From contig OZ316892.1 of the NCBI GenBank assembly GCA_973895155.1, positions 10,768,283-10,832,282 of the forward strand: a DNA stretch of 64,000 nt. Reading direction: 5' to 3'. The notes under the pieces are model-generated. The model saw only the letters and a list, made by a program, of their open reading frames with translations. It had not been told where the DNA came from and made no database searches. The stretch comes from Marsupella aquatica (lineage: Eukaryota; Plantae; Marchantiophyta). This document shows positions 36,441 through 49,554 of this stretch, one piece after another. The translations under genes were made by a program, and so were the position numbers. Within the stretch, counting starts at the first letter, position 1. Every line of letters begins with the position of its first letter.

Positions 36441-38300
36441 TCATACTGTAATAGGAGGAGGGTTGACTACAAGTAGACGGAGGCGAGCTACATAACCAAG
36501 GGCTATCTTCCCTTTGGTCCTCTGTCCCTTCAAATACTGTCGACGGAAAAAGTCCTCACGATAACGAATCAAACTGGTCTTCCGGATGGAATGTCCATCC
36601 GATCCGATCCAAACAAAGTAATCCGATGGCCATGGAATGTCTGAAGCTGGAAGAGGGAAAGGTGCTATGACCTTTCTACAGTGATAAACCCAACTCCAAA
36701 GGTCAGGATTCTCAATCGTGGGTAGTCTCAGCTTGTCTATAGGTAGCCATAGAATACCACCAGAAATTGGAACCATGTCGTAGGTGTGTGGAAAAGGAAA
36801 AGACTCACGACCAAACATAAGTGGAGGTAAAGGAGGTGCAAGAGGAGTGCGTGCATCGATGAGTGACATAATCATCCTATCAAACTGGGCGGGAAAGACA
36901 AAAAGAGGCTCAATGTCGGAAACAGAAGAGACAATAGGAGGCTGAGACATCAAAGGAGTAGGAGCTATAAATGGTACACTGGGAGGCTCTACAGTCTCAG
37001 GCTCAGGCTCGGCCTTGGGTATAGGCTCAGGAATAGGTTCATTTCCTTCCCTGGTAGGAGAGGGAAATGAATCATCAAGGGGTGATAGGGTGGTATCCTC
37101 AATGGAGGAAAATGGATCTGAAGGGGGTACTGGTGAAGGGGGTAAAGGCTCAAGGGTAGGAGATGGAGGGTGCTTAGGTGTAAATATAGGAGGAATGAGG
37201 GAATCGATAATAGGGGAAGGAATGGGATCACGTAGAGGGGGTGTAGGTGAGGATGGAGGAGGGAGTGAACGATTAGCGATAGGTACCTCCGGCTCATCCA
37301 CATCCATAGGGTGATCAGGCTGTGGTGAAGGTGCAGGGGCTGAAACATGAGGGGGTGGGGCGGTACAAGACTCAAAAAGCAAAGCACGAATATAGTTAAG
37401 TAACTACAGAGGGGTACAACTCAAGAGTCTAGTGGCCTCATCTACCAAATGCTGGTTGAAACTAGCCACACTAGCTAGTCGCTCAGCATTACCAACAAAA
37501 TTAGTCCATGACGGGTAAGAAGTGGAAGCAACAAAAGAGGGAGAAGTCATCTCTGGTAATTCCGGTGTTGACGTCTGCTCCACTGGAGGGGGTCTTGGAG
37601 ATGTCGTCGGTGGTGGAGTCGACAACTCTCTTGCTAACTCTGGCTGAGGGAGCTCAAAGTGTCTCGCTCTCCTCCTCCAATCGCTCAGCTCCACTAGTAA
37701 CAAGCAGCCTCTCGAAAAGTAAATGTGCGCCAAGTAGGGTGTCAGATAGGTATCACAGGTAGTAGACAAGACAGCCACCTGCTTGGCGATCACCTCCGAA
37801 AGAGCTAAGGCCCAGTTGATCCTCCTCTTGCCGGTCCATGAAACGATGATAGAGCTGGTCAAGTAAACCATAGCCCTAGTGGGTTTGGTCGGATGAAAGA
37901 TAGGTACAAGGAATCGGAGTAGATGAGCTAGCTCCCAGTTCCTGCATTGATCAATCTTCCAACCAGACCTCCGGTCCCTGGTACCTCTAAAGTAGGGGAC
38001 AGCCAAGTCCTCCCCAACAGAGATCAATCTCTCTCCCTCCTGGCTCAACTGGTACACCTCAAAAACAACGGCGGCGGTACACATATCAGCTGAACCTCTA
38101 GTAGTACTCTGAAAAGTGCCAGCTCGGGGTGGACAAAGAAAATCGGCAATGATGGACCCATGCACCATATCCCAAGGAAGAAAAAGTAAGGAACTCAAGC
38201 CCATCTCTACTAGGTTACTAAGGAGTCTAAAGTAAGCCTTAGGAACTGGGGGTAAGGTCACCCTAATGGCCTTACTAATTGGTAAGCTTCTGGTGGCCAT
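36441..38300 (-). pseudogene. Single 620-codon ORF split by one in-frame TAG (37404-37406); probable TE accessory protein (globular N-domain, Pro-rich linker, unknown C-domain)
   Basis: The ORFs 37404..38300 and 36441..37382 are in the same frame, joined by ...CTPL*LLNYIRALLFES.... The N-terminal GWKIDQC..LLRFLVPIFHPTKPTR..INWA..YLTPYLAHIY resembles, from recall, repetitive bryophyte hypothetical proteins associated with Ty3/gypsy elements. Confidence 0.65.
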
Positions 38301-38654
38301 AGCTCAGAAAATCTGAGAAAGCTCGAGAGCTCTCCTCCTAAAAACGGTTAAGCATTGAGGCTCAAGAATGAAATCTCAGGGATCTAAGGTAGCTGCGCTG
38401 CTGTGGGAGAAGAAATGAACTGGAAAGAGATAGAAATGAAGGAGTTCTGATCAGGCGAAGCTCTCAAAATTACAATTTCTTCAATTTCAAGAAATCAGAG
38501 AGCATCAATGACCCAATACTCCTCAACGTCTCATCAATGGCAGTTCAGAATCAGGGTGAACAATCTCTAGGCAGTTGCGCTACCATAGCAAGTGAAACAA
38601 GCTCAAATGGAGGTCTAACGAGTGAGCACTGAGGGTCAAAGTTTGCGCCCTACT

Positions 38655-40590
38655 GCCGGCCGCCATGGACGTCCCTCGAAGAAAAGTAGAAAAATGTGAT
38701 CAGGCCGGCGTGGACGTGAAGTTAGGTCGTGGCGGTGTGGACGTCCCAGACGTCCCTACGTAGAGGCCGTCCAAGACGTCCTCAAGTTTTTCATGTGGGC
38801 CGGTGCGGAAAGAGTCGGCCATCATTGGTGAAAAATGGTTGTCGTCCCGGCCATCCCTGTGTAGAAGCCGTCCAAGCCGGCGCCATCTTCGCCATCTTTG
38901 TGAGGAGGCCGTCCCTGCGAGGAGGCCGTCCAAGCCGACACCTCATTTTTGAATCTCCTTTCAACTTCTTGCCGTCTTAACGCCTAATATGTGAAAACCA
39001 GGGTGACCTTGACGTCTTCCAATGGTATCATTACCCATTTGAGCTTAAACTAACTTAATTTTGCTTAAAGGGGCTTATAACTTAAAAAAAATTAAATTTA
39101 TGGTTTTGATACTTTAACTCTCCTGTGGGAATAATCACCTAATTACAACAACATGGGTTGGAATCTAAAAATTCTAACTGACTTCTATGGGCCCTTGATT
39201 TTGTTGTGAAATATTAATGTGTCATGCTTTAGGGTAAAAGGTTAAATGGGGTTTAGGTTTAAAGCTTAAAGTGCTTATAGGCCTCCTCTAGAGAAATCAA
39301 TCCAAGAGCCGGGATCCACATTTATTAGGAGTCTTTGTCACTCTTGATTTTGGGACAAACTATCAACAGCTTGAAGCCAATGATTCACTTTTTCAGTCCC
39401 GTTTTCAGTTCTTGGTTCTTGTTGTAATGCAATACATTAGTTACAAATGATAGAAAATTTAACTTTTTCAGTCCCGTTTTTAGTTCTTGGTTCTTGTTGT
39501 AATGCAATACATTATTTACAAATGATAGAAAATTTATAAATTTTGAACTTTTTCTAACTCAAAGGTGTAGTGTAGCTACCTTGTAGCAATTTAGATCAAC
39601 TGAACACTTTATCTAAAGTTATGCTTCATCGGAGGCTATTGCTTGTATTGGACAAGGATCGACAATATAAATACTTGGTCTTTGCATGCTACCAAGAATG
39701 AGTACTAGACATCATTGGAGAAGCAATGCAAACTAGAATTCAAGAACCGGACTCCAAAGCACTTCTTTAGCAATAATGAGCTTTGTGTGCATTTATCAAG
39801 ATCAACCAATATTTACAATTTTAGTTAAATAGTTCTCATGGTCAGAAAAATCTCAAACTTTTTTAAGAGGTAGTTATTATGTAGTAGAATCATCTATGGA
39901 AGTTTCAGTTCAGACCAAAATGTGGGTTGAAAGTTAAAATTAATTTAATTTTGTTGTTTTTAACATAGACGTGACTTTATCAACGTTTTCAAAAGCGTCC
40001 CTTGTATTTTTGGACGCTTTGTGCAGCATCCACCCAAGTTACCCAAGTTTATTGACGCTTTGGGAAGCGTCCGTGTTTGAAAGAAAAGAAAGAAGCAACG
40101 CTTTCGGAAGCGTCCACAAGTATCAACGTCTGACAAAAGCATCTGCTACCCCAACGACGACATCGACACTGATGCTGACTAAAGTGTCAACCAGAGCCCC
40201 GACACTTTAAAAGGCATCCACCCAAAAGGTCCAAAGACAGATGCTATTGAAAAAGAGGTCAAATTTCCAGCGAAGCGTCCGCAAAATTCCTTTGTATTTG
40301 GACACTTTGCAAAGCGTCCAAAACTTCCGACACTTTGTGAAATTTTTCATTTTTATAACACTACTACACTTTTGTTGAATTATTCAAAGCACTTAGAAGT
40401 TTAATAAAAGTCTGAAACTTTGTAAGCATAGAGATTATATGTAGTAGAGTACCATGGAAAAGTTTCACCTCATTCTGGATTTTAGTTTAGAAGTTAAAAT
40501 TCCAACAAAGTCACTGTTTATTAGTTTTAGCAAAACACTGACGCTTTGCAAAGCCTCCACCCAAACTACATTTCCGACACTTCTAGCGGC
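38655..40590. repeat. Arrays of short GACGTCC/GCCGTCC (38655-38980) and GACRCTT/AAGCGTC (39970-40590) motifs, plus a 75-bp tandem duplication at 39387-39535
   Basis: More than a dozen AAGCGTCC/GACGCTTT/GACACTT copies in both orientations, similar to subterminal repeats of DNA transposons. 39850-39950 is also a diverged direct repeat of 40410-40500. Confidence 0.6.
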
Positions 40591-40809
40591 GTTCGTTTTC
40601 AACATTTTACTATTTTTGCATTTTTCAAGGATAATCGTCTCTAAGTTTTATTCAGGACCCTTCAAATATAGGTCCTTCCTACTAACCTACATGAAGTAGA
40701 ATTTGTGTCAATTTTTAGTGTGAGAAAATTATATAAGAGTATTGTTGTAGATTGCAGCACAATGAGCTTCACTTTGTAGAGAGGAACTCTATGTGTATCG
40801 AGTGAATTA

Positions 40810-41770
40810 ATACAAAAAAATTCTTCTCCCTTCCTTGCATTTGGATGCTTGAGAATTCAGAGCAAAGAAGTAAAATTTTGTAACATGTTGAATCTTTGGA
40901 ATGTGTAGAAGTAGATGTCTAAAGTTTTTGATGCATGATCTTTGAAGTACCTTTGCTTGAGCACGGGATGCAAAGATTGGCTACTTATTAAAGATTGATG
41001 ACTTAAATTTGATCACGATGGTGTTTGTTAGGAATTGACTCGAGTTTCCGACTATAGTTAGTTTGGCCTTACTAGGGTTAATTGACCCTTGGTTAGTTTA
41101 GGATAAGATCCACTTATTTAGGCCCACACATCTTAGTCCCCCTTGGGGGGCACATTCTTCACATGTTCAATCTCATGAGCTATGGATCCTTCAGGAGTTT
41201 CTCCATGATCGTGATGTCTTGTTGGTGTAGTGTGAGATTGAGTGCTCTCATGTTCCGCATTGCTGTCTAGTCTGGAGCTGACGGTTTTCCTACAGTGTTA
41301 TTATTGGTGACTGAGAGTACCGGCTGGATGCAGAACTGATTGATTATTAGTTTCTCCACTAAGTACCTTTGGAGACATGTTGACGACATTTTAGTAATCA
41401 TCTTAGTACATTAATCTTTTCTAGAAATGTTCTTATGGATATACCACCTAAGTCATATAAAATGAAATATTGGTGAGAAGTTACCTTGGTGTTTTCTAGA
41501 CTCCCTCAAGATTTCATTGTGTTTTGTTAATTGTTTCCATTTGTTATTTTTGTTTACAATGTTAAACAAACATTCAAATCTATGTCTTGTTGAGCAATCA
41601 TAGTAAAAGTCTCAAACCTGTGTTTTTGTTATCTTAGTTATTCATAAGTGTTAAATGATAAAAAAATCATTCCCTATTTGTTCTTCCATGGGAGCGAATA
41701 ACAAATTTTTGACATTAAATGCTTATTTATGTCCTTAGAGCAATACTACAATTGTACCCTCTCTATTTGT
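40810..41770 (-). repeat. Right arm of long degenerate inverted repeat (partner 35370-36150), interrupted by a solo LTR
   Basis: TTGTTCTTCCATGGGA (~41678), TTTTGTTAATTG (~41522), TTTGAAGTAC (40941) and AGAAGTAAAA (~40866) are reverse complements of left-arm blocks. Confidence 0.55.
41026..41294 (+). mobile_element. Solo LTR (269 bp) of family B with perfect 5-bp TSD GTGTT
   Basis: TGTTAGGAATTGAC...TTTTCCTACA flanked by GTGTT on both sides; homologous to 58987-59344. Orientation is by analogy only. Confidence 0.9.
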
Positions 41771-42299
41771 GAAAACATTGGGGTCTCACTATATGGAACC
41801 CCCTACATCACCTGGGATGTCTTGAGGTCTCATACACTCTAAAACTAATTAATTTCTTGGAATATAATTTTAGACATGGGTCTAAAAAAGCATACCTTTT
41901 CTAAAAGTCTCAAAATTGGATTTTTTCTTACAACCAATCAAAAAAATCATATGCTGCATTGTCGCACATGGTGTGCTCTTTTTGTGGAAGTACAACATTT
42001 CATGGGGAAAAGATTCCTCTCCATTAGGTTGTGGTTTAGGAAAACTGTTTACTCCACTAGGGTGTGTTTATGCCAATTTTCCTGAAGTGTCAAAGGCACT
42101 TTGGGTACTAACTCCACAAATGTGTGCCACCAATTCCCATCAAGATCCACTCCCGCTATGTTCCCCCTACTCCCTGACCAATGGGTTTCATCTCTTTCTA
42201 CTTATTCTATCTCAACCTCCAGGCATAGTCTAAACATAAACAGGTACTTGATTAAATGTGTCACGTTGTCACTACTGTATTCACTAGCAATACTTAGTT

Positions 42300-42547
42300 A
42301 TTAGTGAGTGAAACTTAGGCTCATTATTATTGAGTCATCTAAACGACAAGGAGAGTTTGGTTTGTGTTAACTTTGTATGGTCCACATACTTAGAATTCAA
42401 TAAAGTTCTTTTGTGTGTGCCCATGCATGTAGCTTCTGGAGATGTGAACCACCCATCTCTTGTGTTGAGTACAGGTTTTGTGTTTGTTCGCTAGTCAAAG
42501 GCAACGAACGCATGTTGTCTTTGACTAGCGATATATGTTGCTCAGCA
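42300..42547 (+). mobile_element. Degenerate LTR of copia family A
   Basis: GTGAAACTTAGGCTCATT, AATAAAGTTCT..TGTGTG..CCCATG, GTGAACCAC..ATCTCTTGTGT and terminal GCTCAGCA match 60250-60471. Confidence 0.75.
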
Positions 42548-44011
42548 GTAATCACATGTGAACTGTATTGATGGACCTTGATTATATCTTTAATTCATAA
42601 CAATGCTCTACCTAGAGAAAACTGTAGTGTGTGTAAATCTTGTTATTTGATCCCCAATTTTTCAAACCTACCTATGAGTGTGTGTTTTTAAGGTTAGGGG
42701 GAGTAGCTGGTGTGGTGATAACCTGTTGGCTTTCCTAAGGTGGGGTGCCTGTCTCATGGAACCATCCTAACGAGAAAGGTGGAGTCTCTTTCACCCACCC
42801 ATGGTCTGTTTTGGTGCAAAAGAGTTGTCTTCTATAATGACTGGGGGGATAAGAATACTTGTCTAGTCAATAGCAACTAGGTGGGATAAGAATGCAAGCT
42901 ATAGCAGAAGATTTGGCAAGTTAAAAAGGAGCAGTGGAACAAGAAAAGGCGAGTTGGTGGCAGGAGGTATGCCCTTGACCACTTGGAAGGTGGCAGCCAG
43001 TGTGCTCTAGAGGTGAGCAGTGGGTGGCAAGAAGTTAATTCAGAAAATTAAGGCAAGGGTTTTAAGGAGGGGGTGATGACCTCTTGGCTCCCTCATCTCT
43101 CAGATGTGCTGGAAATTCGTGTTAGGGGCCAGGTATGTCTTGGGCAATTTTTCTCCAAATGTTTCCCCCGAGTTTCATTCATATAAGCAACACAGGATGA
43201 CTTTGGGTAAATGTGTGGCAAAAATTTCCCAAAAGGAACTCACTACCACCTCTTGATTCTTTTACTATTTGCTGGACCTCTTTGGAATGAGCTTTTAATA
43301 ATTGGAGATGATATTAATATAAGACAGAACTCTTGACTGCCTGTGCTTCAGGGTGGCCTTCCAAGAGATTGGGAGCACTAGTGACTTTTTTTCACCCAAG
43401 CAATCTGGAGGGCTACTTCTTGTCACAAGATAGAGTGACTGAAAAGGTTTGCTTTACACAAGATGGAGAGGTCCTTTTGTTTCAGCCATCAGGACTTTTG
43501 TTTCAGCCCTCAGGATAAGTCCAGGGTGTACTTCTGGCCAAAGAGTACTCTTATATTCTGGTGTTCACAACTCTCTTTGGTCAGACAGGAGGTAGTCCAA
43601 ATCGCCCAGTAGATCAGGTATGGGAGCACACAAGTAGATCGGGTACAGTAGAACACAAGTGACTCTGTGACAAGGAATTTGAAGCAGAATTGTCTAATAG
43701 AAAGCTCAATGTCACACTTAAGCTAGAAGAAGAGAATTAAGTAAAGGTGGCCCCTACCCTAATTTAGGACTATTGTAGGGTCTTCCCAACCCACTTATGG
43801 CACCCACCTCCGTGCCTGGGAGCACAGAAAAAGAACAGAAAAACCTAAGACAGTGCTCGAGCAAGGCTCTTCCCTGTGCACTTAGTGCACCCAACTTCAT
43901 TGCCTGAGGGCTGAAACAAAAGATATTAATGAAAGAAAGGAGGTGGTGCACAGGTAGATGATAGTGAGTTTAAGACCGACAGCCAACACACAGGAGAATT
44001 GCCAGATCCGG

Positions 44012-44166
44012 CCAATCACTCCAGAGTCCTGCTGCCTACCGTACTGCATAAGGAGAAATGCCTGCAGGTCTGAACTAACGACCAATCACTCCAGATCCAT
44101 GGTGCCCACCGTACTCCCGTACTCTTGGCGCAAGTAGAAATGCCTGCAGTCCAGGACTTACGACCA
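44012..44166. repeat. Diverged tandem duplication (~70-80 bp x2)
   Basis: CCAATCACTCCAGA..CCGTACT..AGAAATGCCTGCAG..ACGACCA twice. Confidence 0.7.
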
Positions 44167-45720
44167 GATTCTCTTGACTTCAGAAAGCATTCCATATCTT
44201 GAGTAAAACCAATTATGAACTTGCCCAGGTTGACTCCTTGCAAAGTGTTCATTGACTAAAGAAAGCATCATACCAAACTCAATTCAGGTGAGACACAGGA
44301 GAAAAGCGCCATAGAGTCACAAAATAAGCATCCTGTTGTTTTGCACACATTTCAAATTATCGACTTGACCCGAGAACACTAAAAACTTCATTCGCCTAAC
44401 GAGCTATATAAAAGCAATCACCAGAAACTCAGGGTGATTTAAAGTTCCACGACCTTATATTAACACCAGCTGAAAGAACGGGTGTTCTAGCAGCAAGCTT
44501 GTCATGCAACTGTGCAGCAGTTCAATGCTTAGACACTCTCTGGAGATTACAGCATTTGAATGGGCGAGATGCATCGGCCAGAGACATTGCTCGGCAGCCT
44601 GACAACACATAACAGCTTCATGGGACCCTTTTTCTAGTCTGGTTATGAAGTTAGCTAAGGAGACCTCCAAATGGCAATGTCAGGACCCACAGAGCACCTC
44701 TGTCCGAACATGTACCGATCGCCCCTTGCCGGAAACATTATTTTTCGGTTTCCAAGAACTGCCAAGTTCTAAATAAGGGCCACACAATATTAGTGGTGAA
44801 GTGCCTCCCTCAATACAGCAACAGCTCCTCACCAAGGCATCGTATGGTAGAACACGTTCATGACAAAGATCCATCAGCAAGTAATCTAATTTCGGGCATT
44901 CACATGGAGGTTGCGATTCGACACGACAATCCCATTTCAATCTTTCCTGATCTAACGTTTTCTCTCTGTGCAACGAAAAATTCTTCATATTCTTTCTTAA
45001 GAATTGAGGACTTCATAACTTTATCCTTCAAATAGATGGTAAAAATCCCCGACTCTCTTAGCGGAAAGAGGAATTCTCCTCGACTCCTACAACAATCCAG
45101 GCCTTTGTAAATCTAGCCCTACATTTCATCTTCTTCAGCGATCTTCTAAACAACGATTCAAAATCCCCAGAACAGCAGGTGCTCAACTTGGACAACCTGT
45201 GACCGTATCTGTTTGAACCTCATTTAGAAAAACAATAAAAAGCAGTGATTGGGGATAGTTACTCTCCAAATACTATGAACCCAACACAGGTCTCTTTTGG
45301 ATGTGCACGTTATTAGTAAATGTCAAAAGATCCCAATCGGATGCCCTTTCACTTCAACTGATGGCGCACTTGCATCTCAGAATGAAGTATACCGGCGAAC
45401 GTGGAGTGTACGTTCCACGGGGCATGAAAATCCACATGCTCTGTTTGTGCTGAAAAACATGTCACACTTATCCGAATACAGGAATTGGAACCTCTGCAGT
45501 TGGCAAAGCTGCTGATTACTTCTCGAATTCGCTCTCCATTCGTTAGTAGCCTCGAATCTTTTGCTAATTTCCCTCCTTCATACGGATAGTCAGACCGGCG
45601 ATCGGAAAAGGAGAAAAGCCTGAAGCTTGCTGATGCTACCTATTAGGTCACGACTCCTGCTTCGCTCTTCGTCGTAGAGAAAGTAACTCCAAGTGAGTGA
45701 GAGGAGATTTTGGCACATAA

Positions 45721-46107
45721 TCAATGCCGTTTTACGCTAACCCCCACCGATACACTACTCACTAGCCTACCGGTGTCATCTAAGGTCATGGGATTCTCCA
45801 CAATTACAGTTTGTACTTCACTCCCCTCTTCTGTGCTAGGAACGAGACATGTAATGAATGAACAAAAGGCACACTTCACAGCATGCGCTCCTGCAGGATA
45901 CATAAGGGTCACACTGCAGCCGTCACAACGTATGTGTGACACCTGGGTTCCCTGAGGTGGTACGCATGTAATATAGCTACAAAGAGCGCAGCGAACATTC
46001 TGAGACCCATGAGGATATTCCAACAATGTCCTACAGCCACCGCATATCAATTGACACTGCGAGCCATTGTGGATTGGAGGTTGGTAGGGTACTATGGCTC
46101 CAGACAT
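45721..46107 (-). CDS. LOL1: LSD1/LOL-family zinc-finger protein (two C4 LSD1-type fingers), 128 aa, uninterrupted CDS
   Basis: CGGCRTLLEYPHGSQNVRCALC and CDGCSVTLMYPAGAHAVKCAFC fit the LSD1 finger CxxCxxxLxYPxGAxxVxCxxC; C-terminal QTVIVENPMTLDDTGRLVS is typical of the family. Subfamily assignment is uncertain. Confidence 0.9.
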   Translation of the reverse strand: MSGAIVPYQPPIHNGSQCQLICGGCRTLLEYPHGSQNVRCALCSYITCVPPQGTQVSHIRCDGCSVTLMYPAGAHAVKCAFCSFITCLVPSTEEGSEVQTVIVENPMTLDDTGRLVSSVSVGVSVKRH

Positions 46108-49100
46108 TGGTTCTCCGTGTGTCTCACGTAGACAGATTTCAGAATCTCCAATTGGACCGATCCAAACCTGCGAAGGGGGCTGAACTGGAATCTAATTTAG
46201 ACGCTGAGTTCAAAATCCACTAATTGCCATTTTCACAAATTTGCAAACGTTGTCATCCGACGAATCCAATCCAGGTCCTTTCAACTCCCAATCCGAATCA
46301 CGGTCACGGGGACTCTGCTAGCTACGCCCTGAATTCTGTCCTTGCTGGCCGGCACACATCCTTCAGGATTCCAGCCTTATCACCCAAGGAATTTCACCGA
46401 ACAGTGCACTCCTTCCTACGTCAGGGATTCGTCCAAGAATCCAATCTTCTCCCGTAAGCAAGCCGCTCCCTCTTCAATCCGCTTCACACCCACCATCAAC
46501 CGATCCAATTCCCTCATCCGAGTCCGCAATTCCCCTGCACCGCTGCGGTACTAGCAAGGCGCTCGAAGGATCCTCAACGCAAACCCCTCCAACTCTCAAT
46601 TCTCAACCACCTCATCTTCCGCGTTCAGTCGATCGATCCACCGATGGAGGCTTCAATTCGCCAGAGTCATTCCGCTACACAAACCTCCCCGCGGCGAGAG
46701 CTAACTCAAAGTTTTGTAGCTGCTCTAGGGTTTCTTCCGGTGCACTCCTTCTCGATTCTCGATATAATTCACTCGTTTTCGAACAGGCTGTTCCGCCGTT
46801 CTCCGCTCGTGCAGATCTTCTCGAATTCGCTGCCGGACGAAGGCAGGTTGGGAAATTCCAATCGAAGGAGAGAACAGGAGCAGAGAGGTCAGCACCGAAT
46901 GCCTTCGTCGGTTCTTTCCGCGTTTCACTTCGTCGACATCGCAATGCGGGGAGAAAAAAGGAGCCCACTAATAATATTCAATGAGAGTTACGGTATCAAT
47001 CATTGACTGAATTGTTTTTCCTTTCGACACAAAAGAGAGACAGACCTACAGAAACGAAAGGCATCATCGGACGGCACGTGACAATATCGACGGTGGACAG
47101 CTCGACAGCTCGACAGCCCGACGACCTGCGCAGATCCTGACTGCCCACCATCTGCGCTCGTGCGTACAGAGTAATTGACACTGAATACTGTCGAGTGATT
47201 CTATATGAAATGCTTGACTACACCGCAGGTTAATCTATGTCATATAGCCAGAACATAAACCCAAACACGTATCCTTCAAATCACTCTTATTGTATATCAT
47301 AAATTTAGTATATTGGTTTATGTTATGGTGTAAGAAGTACATTCCCTTGAGGTAAGTTTAGCCAAATCTGAATTAATGAAAGTGGTGACAAAAATAAGCA
47401 TGCATGATCATCATTTTGATAATTATCATGGATGATCATCATTTTTATCTGCATAAATTTTGGTGAGATCTAGAGTCATGGTGTAGAGACTTCTCTCTAG
47501 AAATCTAGACCCCAAGTCTATTTTCTCAAAGTAATTAGTTATATAGACTGCCTACTGTTGGTTGTGTGAGGCCATTTGGTGGACTCTTCTGGTGCTGGGA
47601 GCCGAGGTGTGGCTCGTCCCATGAAGCTTCTCAACCCTCAGGGCTCCACATCATGGAGCTGTTAGACAATCACAATTGCGTGTCATGCAATCTTTTTACT
47701 TTCCTGACTGCACCTCATGCAATTCTTCTATTGTACAGTTGCGACTCTATATAACAATGTCAATGAACAAAAACATCAAACCAGGCGACAAGACCCCCAA
47801 CTAAGGCAAGAGACACAACAAAGGGGAGAAAATAAGGGAAAACCCATGAAAGAGGGCCAAAAAGCCCAAATTAAAGTATAGAAGTATGAAAATCCCCAAC
47901 AAGAGTGCAAGAAGTAAAGCTCTTAATGAGCAACAAACTGAAAAAACTGGTAGAGTTCCATGATTGCTTTCAAGAAGCTCATCTTCCATAGTGACATCAA
48001 GATTGAGCTCTTTCATTGTTGCTCAATGCATGTCATGCAGATCTTCATGTTAGGTACTGTCCTCTCCAAAAACATAGTTTTGGCCTTGTAGTCAACACTT
48101 GGATGTCTTATAATATTAATGCCCTTTGCGATTTTTCTCTTTGTAACTTTCAGTGAACTTATGGAGAAGTATGCATAGTCAGTATTTGTAATTTCAGTGA
48201 ACTTAGTATGCATAGTCAAGATTTGGATCTGCACATTATGAATCTTCTCCTCTACTTTTACTAAACATCTTGTAGGCTTTTAAGTGTACTTGCCTGACTA
48301 TCTCTTGAATGTAAACAAAGAAGAGACAATCTTGCCAAAACAGAATCCTTGTGATTTCCTTGTTGTCTTTGCCCTCATCCCTGTTTTTAGTATGAATTTC
48401 AAATTATTCACTTAGAGTCAAGGTCTAGAGGCTTCACCATAGAGTAGCCCTAGAAGTAGATCTACATCACATTTTATAGATAAGATTAACACCCTGTTTG
48501 CAGGGCATTATGGCCCACAATGGTGTGTAAAAAGATGTTACCATATTTGTAAACACTTTTGATTGAGCATTTATTTCTACAATAGACACATTGAATTAAG
48601 GAGTGAATTACGTAATGACCCGTCTAGGTCCTGGCACTGGTTTTGGCTTCTTCTTTGCGGACACCCACGAGGGGTCCTTTGCAAAATTCCCGGCACATTA
48701 GTAACACGTGCAACAAACAGCAACAAACATGACTATTTGGTCTTGTGATTGAGAAAAACCACCTAATCGAGTTTGCACCATTTTTGGAGTAACTTTGGCG
48801 GAAACTCATCTCACAGGCTTCAACGTAAACCCAAAGCCAGACCCGAAGCATGATCTGGCCGCTCGCAGTGGTGAGCGAGGTGGCCGAAGGAAACACACTA
48901 AACACCCAATTCACAATGGCATGCAAGAACAGTCATCAGAGCCATCAGAGTCCGGTGAAGACATTTTGGAAGTCTCAAGTCCTGTTTTTCGCTGAACGGG
49001 CTCGGTAAAGTTTTCGATATGGAGAGGTTTGAAGTCGACGGCGAGAGAGGAGCGTACAGGGATGGACATAAAGTGGTCACGCGCACTCGTCCTGTGTCAT

Positions 49101-49554
49101 TGATCCTCGTCCCACGTTCTGCTTTGATTTGGCCAATGTAAAACTTCTCAGTCGACTCTCCATTCAGGCTCCAGGATTTGTTGTCACTGTAAATTGTCTT
49201 CCTCCGCCGTTCATCCTTTCTGTCTTTCTTTAACAAGACCTTTTAAGATGTGTTCCCATCATCCTTCGATCAATTCATGTAATAAACCCTTTGCAATTTC
49301 TGTAAGATTCATGCGAGTGCAAATTTCATCTTCAGCAGGGCTCTTCGTTCTTCCGCATGTGGAAGATCACTTCCAGACCATATCGCAAAAATGAGCCTCA
49401 CTAACAAGAGGGGGAAGAGAGAAATGACCCTGGTTGGAAGCGTCTCTTACAGGATCCCGAGAAACATACACTTCTTGTGAAGACGAGAGGAGGTAGGCAC
49501 TTGCTGAGTTCCAATTCAAAGACTCCAGGCCGTCCCGATTTGCAAATGCCCACA

